Below the pieces are notes generated by a model. That model saw nothing but the letters and a program-made list of their open reading frames with translations. It was not told where the DNA came from and did no database searches. Below, piece after piece: positions 18,987 to 26,754 of a stretch of 64,000 nt of DNA (positions are counted from its first letter, which is position 1; each line of letters starts with the position of its first letter). Made by a program: the position numbers and the translations under genes. The DNA lies in assembly GCA_965242965.1 (NCBI GenBank), contig OZ251518.1, positions 4,640,001 through 4,704,000 on the forward strand, read 5' to 3'. Origin of the DNA: Candidatus Poribacteria bacterium (GTDB lineage Bacteria > Poribacteria > WGA-4E > WGA-3G).

Positions 18987-19313
18987 GAGGGTGTTTCATA
19001 AATCGCCCAACGTCGCGGGGGACAGGCCCCCGCGTTACGATAAAAAAACGCCTCCCCTTTACGTAGGGCGAGGGCCCTTGCAGGTTTCCGCACGCGCAGA
19101 CGAGCAGGTTTCCCCCGCCACGCGTCTTGCTGTCAGACTGCATCCCCTCTGTAAATCAGGATCGCCTGATCCTGATCTGTTCGGGATCGGGCGATCCCGA
19201 ACTACAGAGGTGGGCCCAATGCCTTCCGGTAGGAGAGACCGGGAGGGCTCTCTTACAGGGACACCGCTTGCATCGAGACCGGGACGGTGCCAACGGATTT
19301 ATGAAACCTCCTC
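18987..19313. mobile_element. MITE with REP cargo (reverse orientation, degenerate TSD)
   Basis: GAGGGTGTTTCATAAATCG...GGATTTATGAAACCTCCTC; flanks AGTTAAGT / AGTTAACG. Confidence 0.8.
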
Positions 19314-19393
19314 AGTTAACGGCCAATCGGGTAGCTGCACCACCTATGTTAAATAAACTAATGCTGATTTTTAATTCTAAAGGAGGCAGAAAC

Positions 19394-19519
19394 ATGAGAA
19401 ACATCCGTCGCTTTTGGATTGTGTTCCTCGCTTGTCTCACGCTATTTGCGTCTGCACAAGAAACGCAAGAATCAAAAGTTAAACGGCTCAGGGCTAGACT
19501 TTCTACAAATAACCGTTGA
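19394..19519 (+). pseudogene. Truncated secreted-protein gene
   Basis: SD aggagg, signal peptide MRNIRRFWIVFLACLTLFASA, stop after 41 aa. Confidence 0.5.
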
Positions 19520-19597
19520 TAGCGTTACACAACTCTTGACCTAATTCGGTGTTTGTGGTAAGCGGAACCGTCACCTAATTCACCGTGGCCGTTCGCG

Positions 19598-19715
19598 CCG
19601 ATTGTCAGGGTGGATTTCTATAGCCGCCCGCTTGTATCATAAGGAATATAATCAAATGAACTTGCAACAACTGAGCGCGCTCTATGCGGAACTTCTTGCG
19701 ATTAATCATAAGTAA
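19598..19715 (+). pseudogene. 5' remnant (leader hairpin + MNLQQL) of a DUF4268-like gene
   Basis: Homologous to 21939-22015 (gattgt.aggg..ggat..ct.ta.ccgccc...aagga.tataa...ATGAAC.TGCAACAACTG). Confidence 0.65.
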
Positions 19716-19736
19716 ACTCGAATTTATATTTTTTAG

Positions 19737-19765
19737 TTGACAAATTGACGAATATAAAGTATAAT
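19737..19765 (+). promoter_or_regulatory. Consensus sigma70 promoter
   Basis: TTGACA-17-TATAAT. Confidence 0.8.
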
Positions 19766-19784
19766 TTATTTCAAATCTATTAGA

Positions 19785-20008
19785 TTTTCCGATCTTTCAG
19801 GACAATTCAGTTCTCCGCCTCTGTCGTTTGCGAACGTCTGAATTTCTGGAAACCTGCTGGTTTCCAAACGTTCTCAAATAGGCCAAGAGCCTCCGAAGTT
19901 CTGGCATGTTTGCCAAACGTTCGTGAACTACACAGGCGGGCCGGCTGCCAATTTCGAGCTCGGCAGCGAACACCTAAAACTAAATAGTCCTGCCGAATCT
20001 TCGGGAAA
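19785..20008 (+). ncRNA. Candidate structured leader or ncRNA
   Basis: Four nested long-range helices plus three local hairpins; no ORF. Confidence 0.45.
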
Positions 20009-20035
20009 TTTCAATGAAAGGAGGCAATAGCCATT

Positions 20036-20332
20036 ATGGATCCTGCGGCAACAAACGAAGCTGCGGCTTGTGGAATCGGAGTTCTTCTTCTTTCCATTCT
20101 GGTCGCGCTGTTCGTGTTTAACATCATCTTGTTAGTTTGGGTTACCCGTGATGCGAAAGCACGAGGTATGAGCAGCCCTGTGGTATGGATGCTGGTAGTT
20201 TTCTTTCTCAGCATCTTCGGCCTGCTCCTTTACCTTCTGTCGAGACCTAAGGGTAAACTGGCAAGATGCTCTAGTTGCAATAACAAGCGTCTTGAGGTTA
20301 GCGCGACATGTCCGCATTGCGGCAACGCCTGA
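20036..20332 (+). CDS. PLDc_N-like 2-TM membrane protein with C-terminal zinc ribbon
   Basis: WV.RDA..RG...W..V.......GL..Y...RP; CxxC-x10-CxxC; SD aaggagg. Confidence 0.75.
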   Translation: MDPAATNEAAACGIGVLLLSILVALFVFNIILLVWVTRDAKARGMSSPVVWMLVVFFLSIFGLLLYLLSRPKGKLARCSSCNNKRLEVSATCPHCGNA

Positions 20333-20405
20333 GCGACACAGGAGGCGTGCGCTTATACCTGAAGGCACGCCTCTCGTCTTGATGAAACGAGGACAGAAAT
20401 AGACG

Positions 20406-20676
20406 ATGGCATTGGGATGCGGAGGCTTCAAGTTGCTTTTGCCGGTTTTCTTAGCCATTCTGCTTTTCGGGGCAGTTTGGGTAGGGCTACCGGGATGCGA
20501 CAGCCCGCGAGATGGATAGTCCTGCCCACTAGTTAATTGTTGTCTTAGTTGCAACAGTGATAGGGCTGACTGTTTACCTTATCGTCAGGCCGGATGCCTA
20601 TCTGGTGGGATGCCCGGGGTCTCGTAAGAGACACCTGGCAGGGAGTGCGACATGTCTGCATTGCGACAATGCCTAA
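20406..20676 (+). pseudogene. Degenerate paralog of the 20036 gene
   Basis: Frameshift and stop; RDATAREMDSP..GLTVYLIVRP...C.....SATCLHCDNA*. Confidence 0.7.
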
Positions 20677-20987
20677 AAAATCCGAGAATCTATCTTTGCT
20701 TGCTAGCGGCGGTGTTGCTGCTTGCGACGGTAGATTCCTTTCGCGCGCCTTCTTCGCAGTTGACTGCGCGTGTTTACGTTGGCTTGGTGAGGCACGTTTA
20801 TCAAACCGCCGGCCGGCCCATCACGAAACGTTGGGCTCAGTGCCGATACGTTCCAACCTGTTCGGAGTATTCAATCGCTGCGGTTTCCACGCACGGTATC
20901 CGTCGCGGATTAGTATTAACGGTGAAACGTCTGATGTCCTGCAAGGCTTCTGTCCCGTTGGGAACGGCGGATCCGGTGCAGGATTAA
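20652..20987 (+). CDS. yidD: YidD-like membrane protein insertion efficiency factor
   Basis: YQ...P......CRYVPTCSEY...AV..HG..RG..L..KRL..C. Confidence 0.8.
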   Translation: MSALRQCLKNPRIYLCLLAAVLLLATVDSFRAPSSQLTARVYVGLVRHVYQTAGRPITKRWAQCRYVPTCSEYSIAAVSTHGIRRGLVLTVKRLMSCKASVPLGTADPVQD

Positions 20988-21267
20988 CAGACACAGCGTA
21001 TCAAATTCCCAGTCTTTAGGCTGCGGGATGTAGATACGCCGCCGCGCCTTGAGGCGCGGCAAAGTCGTTTTGCTTTAGCAGATGAAAAAAACATTTGATT
21101 TTTAAGGTCAAAATGTGTATAATATGCAGTAACCGTTGGCGGTGAAAGCAGCGATGGCATCCGAGTCATCGTCACCGCCAGTCCACTGCTACGGTGAAAC
21201 CCCGTTGTCCCGTTCAGCGTGTGGGCAAGGTCAAATCGGCCGAATGAAATCAAAAGGAGAATTCTTA

Positions 21268-21933
21268 ATGAGAGAAATTAGCGAATCCGATATCGCCGCA
21301 GTAGCGGCGAAGATAGAGGAGGAGGAACTGCCTCGTATATTCCTCGCCGAAGGGGAGGCAGCTTCTGAATACAACGAGGCGACAGCCGGTGCGGTTATCG
21401 ACTGTGTGCTTTCACTCCGTAGAAAATACGACGAATTTGTGGTTCCCCGCCTGAAGGACTTCCAGCGCAACCATCCTCAGGTCCGGAGTATTGTCCAATT
21501 GGCAGAGCTCATGGACAGCTATCCAACGCCCTTAGACTTCAGTATCGAGGAACTCAGGTACAGAGACGAGGACCGCGCGAGGATTCTTCGGGAGGTTGTC
21601 CAATTCGTTTGCACAATTGTGCAAGAATCTCCGACGCTCCCCGAAGAAGAGATTCTCAAGGACTGGGCACTGCAAGCCGAACCACATGAGGCCGAGACAT
21701 TGGGCATCAGAGGTTTTAAACTTGCTGGTTTCCAGTATCTCCGCATCCGTTTCGGCGCGGATACGACGAAACCCGACAGGCATATCATCGGATTTATCGA
21801 TGATGCGTTAAACCGCAGGGTTTCGGATTATGAGGCACTTGCCCTTTTGGAAGCGGCCTCAAAACGTTTGGGACACTCCGTTCGGGAAGTTGATAGCGCG
21901 ATTTGGCGAAGCCGCGCTCGTGACGATTCCTAA
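21268..21933 (+). CDS. HhH-GPD-like (DNA glycosylase fold) hypothetical protein
   Basis: VIDCVLS, GIRGFKLAGFQYLRIRFG, KPDRHI, EVDSAIW. Confidence 0.55.
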   Translation: MREISESDIAAVAAKIEEEELPRIFLAEGEAASEYNEATAGAVIDCVLSLRRKYDEFVVPRLKDFQRNHPQVRSIVQLAELMDSYPTPLDFSIEELRYRDEDRARILREVVQFVCTIVQESPTLPEEEILKDWALQAEPHEAETLGIRGFKLAGFQYLRIRFGADTTKPDRHIIGFIDDALNRRVSDYEALALLEAASKRLGHSVREVDSAIWRSRARDDS

Positions 21934-21996
21934 CAAATGGATTGTAAGGGGGCGGATGTCTCTATCCGCCCCTTTATATCAAAGGAGTATAACACA

Positions 21997-22818
21997 ATGA
22001 ACCTGCAACAACTGATTCAGCTGTCGGATGTCTATTCTTCAGAAGAGGAATTCTCTGACGATCTTGCGGACAATCTTGACGTGCTCAATGTCGGCGCATT
22101 TGAAGATGTGGAAAGGGAAGCCAACGTTGGATCCCGCAGAGCAGACATCGTTGCTATCGGCGAAGATGGCACCCTCGTTGTCGAAAACCAATTCGGAAAG
22201 GCAGATTGGGATCACTGGGGTAGACTTGAAGCCTACGCCCGATTGAAGAAGGCCGACGTGGCTGTCCTAGTGGCTGAGAACTTTGAGGGACTCATGATTA
22301 CCACGTGTGACCTTCGGAATGAAGATAGCGAAATTGATTGGTATCTCATTCAGGTAGAGGTAAATTCGCACGAGGAACTCTCCTTCCATCCCATCGTTCA
22401 ACCAGCGATAGATCTTCAAGTTGAGCGAAACGCCGGAGTGGAATACAGCGAATTCTGGGCACCGATCCGCAAGAAAGGTCTATTTGCTGGAAAACCTGTG
22501 CCTGTCCGTTACGAACGTTCCATTCAAAAACGCGTTCGTCGCGTAGTTCTGACCCTCACACTTAACAATCACAGTTGTTATATTCAAATGTCATTTGAGG
22601 GAGACAACAGAGATCAACGCCGGGACGCAATCCTGGAGTTGTTTCCAAACCCGGAATACGATTACGACCGCAGCGAATCGTCGCAATCTGTATCGGTTAC
22701 ATTTCCTGTTCTTGATGATAAGGGCCTGGGAAATCGTGAAGATTGGGACGAAATCCGCGAGAAATTAGTTGCCAAGGGCACCGAAATCTACAACAGAATC
22801 AAAAATTCTGACGTGTAG
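21997..22818 (+). CDS. DUF4268-type PD-(D/E)xK nuclease-like protein
   Basis: EEEFS..L..NLD.L, REANVG..RADI, VVENQFG..D.DH.G. Confidence 0.75.
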   Translation: MNLQQLIQLSDVYSSEEEFSDDLADNLDVLNVGAFEDVEREANVGSRRADIVAIGEDGTLVVENQFGKADWDHWGRLEAYARLKKADVAVLVAENFEGLMITTCDLRNEDSEIDWYLIQVEVNSHEELSFHPIVQPAIDLQVERNAGVEYSEFWAPIRKKGLFAGKPVPVRYERSIQKRVRRVVLTLTLNNHSCYIQMSFEGDNRDQRRDAILELFPNPEYDYDRSESSQSVSVTFPVLDDKGLGNREDWDEIREKLVAKGTEIYNRIKNSDV

Positions 22819-22831
22819 AGGAGGGATAACT

Positions 22832-23092
22832 ATGCTTCCAACAATTAGAGGCGTGTATCGCGACGGTAACATTGAACTCGCGGAAACACCGCCGGATGTA
22901 TGCGAAGGCACATTTGTCGTCGTAACCTTTTTTCCACCCAATCCTACGGATTTGCAGGAATGCGGCATTGACGAAGCGGAGGCAGCCGAAATCCGGGCGC
23001 GCCTCGCCTCTTTTGCCGAGGAGTGGGACAGACCCGAGATGAGTGTCTACGACAGTTATGATGAGGCAAAATCCAAGTTACAAACGCGGTGA
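22832..23092 (+). CDS. Putative antitoxin of the MazF-like toxin
   Basis: TIRGVYRDGNIEL N-terminus, acidic tail WDRPEMSVYD; overlaps the toxin gene. Confidence 0.7.
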   Translation: MLPTIRGVYRDGNIELAETPPDVCEGTFVVVTFFPPNPTDLQECGIDEAEAAEIRARLASFAEEWDRPEMSVYDSYDEAKSKLQTR

Positions 23093-23417
23093 TGTCATCT
23101 TATCGCGCTTTCCCGAGTCCAACTTGCGCCGGACCAAGTTCCGCCCTGGATTAATCATTCAAGCTGACGAGCTCCAAACCGGTTTGCCGCAATTAGTGGT
23201 GGCGACAATTACGAGCAATATGCGCCGCGCATACCACCCTAGCCGCGTTCCTCTTTTCCTTGACACGCCGGAGGGACAGCAATCAGGATTGTTCATGGAC
23301 TCGGTAGTGATGACTGACAATCTCGCTACGGTTGTTGAAGCAACAATTGAGCGTGTTATTGGTTCAATTCCAATGACAAAAGTTGACGCAGCTCTACGAC
23401 ATACGTTGAATCTATAA
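23058..23417 (+). CDS. mazF: PemK/MazF family toxin
   Basis: YKRGDVIL..FP......K.RP.LIIQ, ITSN, SGL..DS.V..D.L.T. Confidence 0.88.
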   Translation: MMRQNPSYKRGDVILSRFPESNLRRTKFRPGLIIQADELQTGLPQLVVATITSNMRRAYHPSRVPLFLDTPEGQQSGLFMDSVVMTDNLATVVEATIERVIGSIPMTKVDAALRHTLNL

Positions 23418-23439
23418 CCGATAAAGTGAGGACTTGGCA

Positions 23440-23829
23440 ATGAAAGTGCATGAATTCACCTTCATTTTAACCGAAGACCCGGGCGAAGACGAAGCAGCCC
23501 GGCTTTACAGCCTCTTCAATGATGGCACGCTTGCCACTATCGATGGCGTGCCACAAATTGATTTTCATCGGGAGGCACCGACGTTGGAGGAAGCTATCAG
23601 TACCGCATTGGGCAGCGTGAGAAAAGAAGGTTTTGAAGTCGTCTGTGTGGAAATCGAACCAACCCGCTCAATAAATCTGCGAAGACGCGGCATTAACGAA
23701 GCAGAGGCTGCAGCGATGCGGGCCAGCTTCGCCTCCTTTGTTGAAGACTGGGATAGCCCCGAGATGAGCCTTTACGATAACTATGATGAGGAATTCGCCA
23801 AACTGCAAGCGGCTCGGCAGAAGGCGTAA
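23440..23829 (+). CDS. Chimeric protein: small ferredoxin-like N-domain + copy of the antitoxin tail
   Basis: FHREAPTLEEAI.TA N-part; GINEAEAAAMRASFASFVEDWDSPEMSLYDNYDE matches the 22832 tail. Confidence 0.7.
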   Translation: MKVHEFTFILTEDPGEDEAARLYSLFNDGTLATIDGVPQIDFHREAPTLEEAISTALGSVRKEGFEVVCVEIEPTRSINLRRRGINEAEAAAMRASFASFVEDWDSPEMSLYDNYDEEFAKLQAARQKA

Positions 23830-23867
23830 CTCGCGCCTTGGCGCGGCACATACGGTAAATAGCGAAA

Positions 23868-25637
23868 ATGAATCTCAACATCGCGAGCTTCCGAAGCGCA
23901 GCCACCATACCCAACCTCATCCTCATCGGCATCCTGATAACGTCAGGGGCATTGGTGCTGCAGAACCTGGGGCATAGCGGGATTACCTACTGGGACGAAG
24001 GATTCCACGCCGTCGTCGCTCGGAATTTGACGAAACACCCGTTCAAATTTACGCTTTACGATGAACCGTGGCTACCCTACGACTATAAAAATTGGGGTGA
24101 GAATCACATCTGGCTGCACAAACCGCCTGTCGCGATGTGGACGATTTGCCTCTCGCACTTCATTTTTGGCATCAACACGTTCGCGCTGCGCCTGCCATCC
24201 GCGATTAGCCTCGTTATCACGGTGTGGTTAACGTTTCAGATTGCTTCAAACCTGTTTGACAAACGCGCCGGGGTAATCGCCGCATTTCTCCACGCCTTCA
24301 ACCCGTTTCTGTTTGAATCGGTTCACGGCTACCGCTACTCGGATCATATTGACATCACGCTTCTTCTCTGGGTGCAAGTTTCATGCTGGCTGCTACTCCG
24401 CGCAATTCAGACTGGCAAACGGCGACATTACATTTTTTCGGGCATAGCGATGGGCATCGCTTATCTATCAAAAAGTTATCTCGCGCTGATCACGTTCGGG
24501 ATTGCATTGGTGGTGTGGTTTGCCCAACGGACGCGCTTTCAACGCACGCCTACGGAGGCACGGATTCGGCTCACGGATATCGGCACCCTACTCTTGTCGG
24601 GAATAGCGACGGTGGCACCGTGGGTTACCTACTGCCTCATCCGTTACCCAAACGAATTTTTGTGGGAGCACAAACGCGTGTTGGACCATCTCAACACCGA
24701 TGTCGAAAGTTGGGGCGCGACATGGGACAGACCGGTTTTTGACTACATGATTCTATTTTATCCGCTGTTTTACGCCGCACTCCTCGCAGCGGTGCTGTGT
24801 CTGATAATCGTCCTTCTTAAAAACCGGCGGCTCCCTGAACTTTTCGTCCTCGCATGGGCAATTGGGGTGATTGTGCCGCATACGCTGGCGGAGACAAAAA
24901 CGCCATCGGCGACGATGATTGCCGTGCCGCCGCTGCTTATCTGCTTCGCTGCAGTCATTAGCCGTGCATGGCAGCGGAAGGATTGGCTCTACACCGCTAT
25001 CTGGGTTGCGGCGATGCTTGCGGTAACTGTTGTTCCAGGGGGACGTTCTCTCGTAAGTAGTCGAGATCAATTTGATAAACTCAATGCGTTCGCACCGTTC
25101 GTCCAGACAAACTTCTGGATTATTGTGCAACTTATCGGTTTTGGCGTGCTGCTAGCGATTTTCATTGGTATCTATCTGCTACTTCGTGAGCGGAAATCGC
25201 AAGAATGGGGCTGGCGAGGACTTCGCGCGATGGCTCTCATCATTGCGGTGTTTTATGCATGGGGGTATGTCAACGCCGCTTACCGCGTCACAGAACGGAA
25301 TAGCAAGGTGCCGTTGTATGAAACAACCGGAACGCGGCTCCAGCGTGAGATGCCCGAAAACGCCTGCTTTTTTCTTGACGATGAACGTGTCGGCGCGCAC
25401 TTCGATTTGATGTATTACGCCGACAGAGCTACGTATCAGATTTTCAACAAGCACATGAAAGCACCGCGTGATTACGTCAGCGATGCGAAAAAGGCGAGAG
25501 AAGCAGGCGCGATTCCGTATCTTTTTTCGATTAAGGAAACGGAACACGCCTATCCGCTGTTCCTTGAAGGTGAGGTGGAGCTCGGACAAGGCAAGACGCG
25601 GCGATACCGCATTTTTGAAATCACGGAAGCGAGGTGA
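23868..25637 (+). CDS. Glycosyltransferase family 39 (ArnT/PMT-like)
   Basis: WDEGFH, HKPP..MW, FALRLPSA, multiple TM segments. Confidence 0.88.
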   Translation: MNLNIASFRSAATIPNLILIGILITSGALVLQNLGHSGITYWDEGFHAVVARNLTKHPFKFTLYDEPWLPYDYKNWGENHIWLHKPPVAMWTICLSHFIFGINTFALRLPSAISLVITVWLTFQIASNLFDKRAGVIAAFLHAFNPFLFESVHGYRYSDHIDITLLLWVQVSCWLLLRAIQTGKRRHYIFSGIAMGIAYLSKSYLALITFGIALVVWFAQRTRFQRTPTEARIRLTDIGTLLLSGIATVAPWVTYCLIRYPNEFLWEHKRVLDHLNTDVESWGATWDRPVFDYMILFYPLFYAALLAAVLCLIIVLLKNRRLPELFVLAWAIGVIVPHTLAETKTPSATMIAVPPLLICFAAVISRAWQRKDWLYTAIWVAAMLAVTVVPGGRSLVSSRDQFDKLNAFAPFVQTNFWIIVQLIGFGVLLAIFIGIYLLLRERKSQEWGWRGLRAMALIIAVFYAWGYVNAAYRVTERNSKVPLYETTGTRLQREMPENACFFLDDERVGAHFDLMYYADRATYQIFNKHMKAPRDYVSDAKKAREAGAIPYLFSIKETEHAYPLFLEGEVELGQGKTRRYRIFEITEAR

Positions 25638-25739
25638 TTAAGGTTGACAACGCGATGGACGATGTGGTATCATATTTCTAACTTCTTCCGGTAGGAGCGA
25701 TTTCTTCCGGATATTCATTTGACAAAGGAGGCCGTAACG

Positions 25740-25967
25740 ATGACGAACGAACGGCTGACGCTTGAAGAGATGGAGCAGCACTTCCCCGATGAATGGCTGC
25801 TCATCGTTGATTGTGAATTCAGCGACAATGCCGAACTTCTCGCGGGACGCGTTGCTGTCCACAGCAAAAACCGTGAGGATATTTACGCTGTCTCGGGAAA
25901 CTATAGCGGCGGCAGAGCGACGCGCTATACGGGCAAAATGCCTGAAGGTGTGGGGTATTTACTGTAA
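25740..25967 (+). CDS. Small hypothetical protein (typical partner of a retropepsin-like protease)
   Basis: E...FPDEWLLI....G.V..HS..R..IY; SD aaggagg; TTGACA promoter at 25644. Confidence 0.65.
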   Translation: MTNERLTLEEMEQHFPDEWLLIVDCEFSDNAELLAGRVAVHSKNREDIYAVSGNYSGGRATRYTGKMPEGVGYLL

Positions 25968-26102
25968 TGGCACGCATCACTTTTGACCGGAGTTACCCGT
26001 TAATTATTGTGAACCTTCGGGTTGGATACAGGGGCTTCAACCACTGCTATTCCAGCAAAAGTTGCACTATATTTGGGCTATGATTTGGCAAATCTAATGT
26101 AA
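25967..26102 (+). pseudogene. Retropepsin-like aspartyl protease pseudogene
   Basis: MARITFD..., then shifted frame LDTGASTTAIP...LGYDL and a stop. Confidence 0.7.
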
Positions 26103-26172
26103 TAGCGCGTATTTTCTTCTGCACTCTCAAAAATCGCTTGATTAAAGATACCCATTATGCTACAATTAACCT

Positions 26173-26663
26173 GAGGGTGTTTCATATCTCGATGCGTTCG
26201 GTAGGAGAGCCTTCCGGTCTTGATTTTCCCGTAGCGCGGGGGCCTGTCCCCCGCGTTGTCCATCGTCACGAGGTGGCGTTTTAGGTCCTTTAGGTCCTAC
26301 ATGTCTATAGAAACATGTGTCGTTACATTTTCAAGGTCCTTTAGGTCCTTAATAAAAACACACGCGGCCCTGGCAAAAACTATTAAGGACCTAAAGGACC
26401 TTAGCGTTCTTCGCAGGCACGCGTGCTATAGACATTAAGGTCCTACGGACCTAAGAATCGTTTTTTCATCGTAGCGCGGGGGCCCTCGGATGCCATACGC
26501 GCCTCCGAGCGGGTTTCCCCCGCGATCGCAGCATGGCGAGGGCCTGTCCTTCGCCCTACGTGAAGGGGTGGCGTTTTTTTCACCGTAGCGCGGGGGCCTC
26601 GGATGCCACACGAGCATTCAAGCGGGTTTCACTGCGACATTGAGCGATTTATGAAACACCCTC
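26173..26663. mobile_element. MITE with REP cargo, 9-bp TSD AATTAACCT
   Basis: TIRs GAGGGTGTTTCATA / TATGAAACACCCTC; AATTAACCT at 26164-26172 and 26664-26672. Confidence 0.9.
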
Positions 26664-26754
26664 AATTAACCTGAATCAATCAATTTACAAGCAGTGCTGT
26701 GCACCGCTTTGCTTTGCACTGCACGCTTTTCACGGAGAAACTCGCAAAATAGAA

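Noticed and set aside
21137-21200. Fluoride riboswitch-like GCGATGG hairpin
   Set aside because: Lacks the downstream conserved CTGATGAC segment, and the gene context does not fit.
21928-21975. attC-like start (CCTAACAAATGGAT) suggesting an integron cassette
   Set aside because: No complementary GTTRRRY end or L boxes, no repeat after other genes, and no intI.
26673-26754. T-box leader for glyQS
   Set aside because: Only about 80 nt between the MITE and the start; no T-box consensus (AAGGTGGAACC-like) or terminator.
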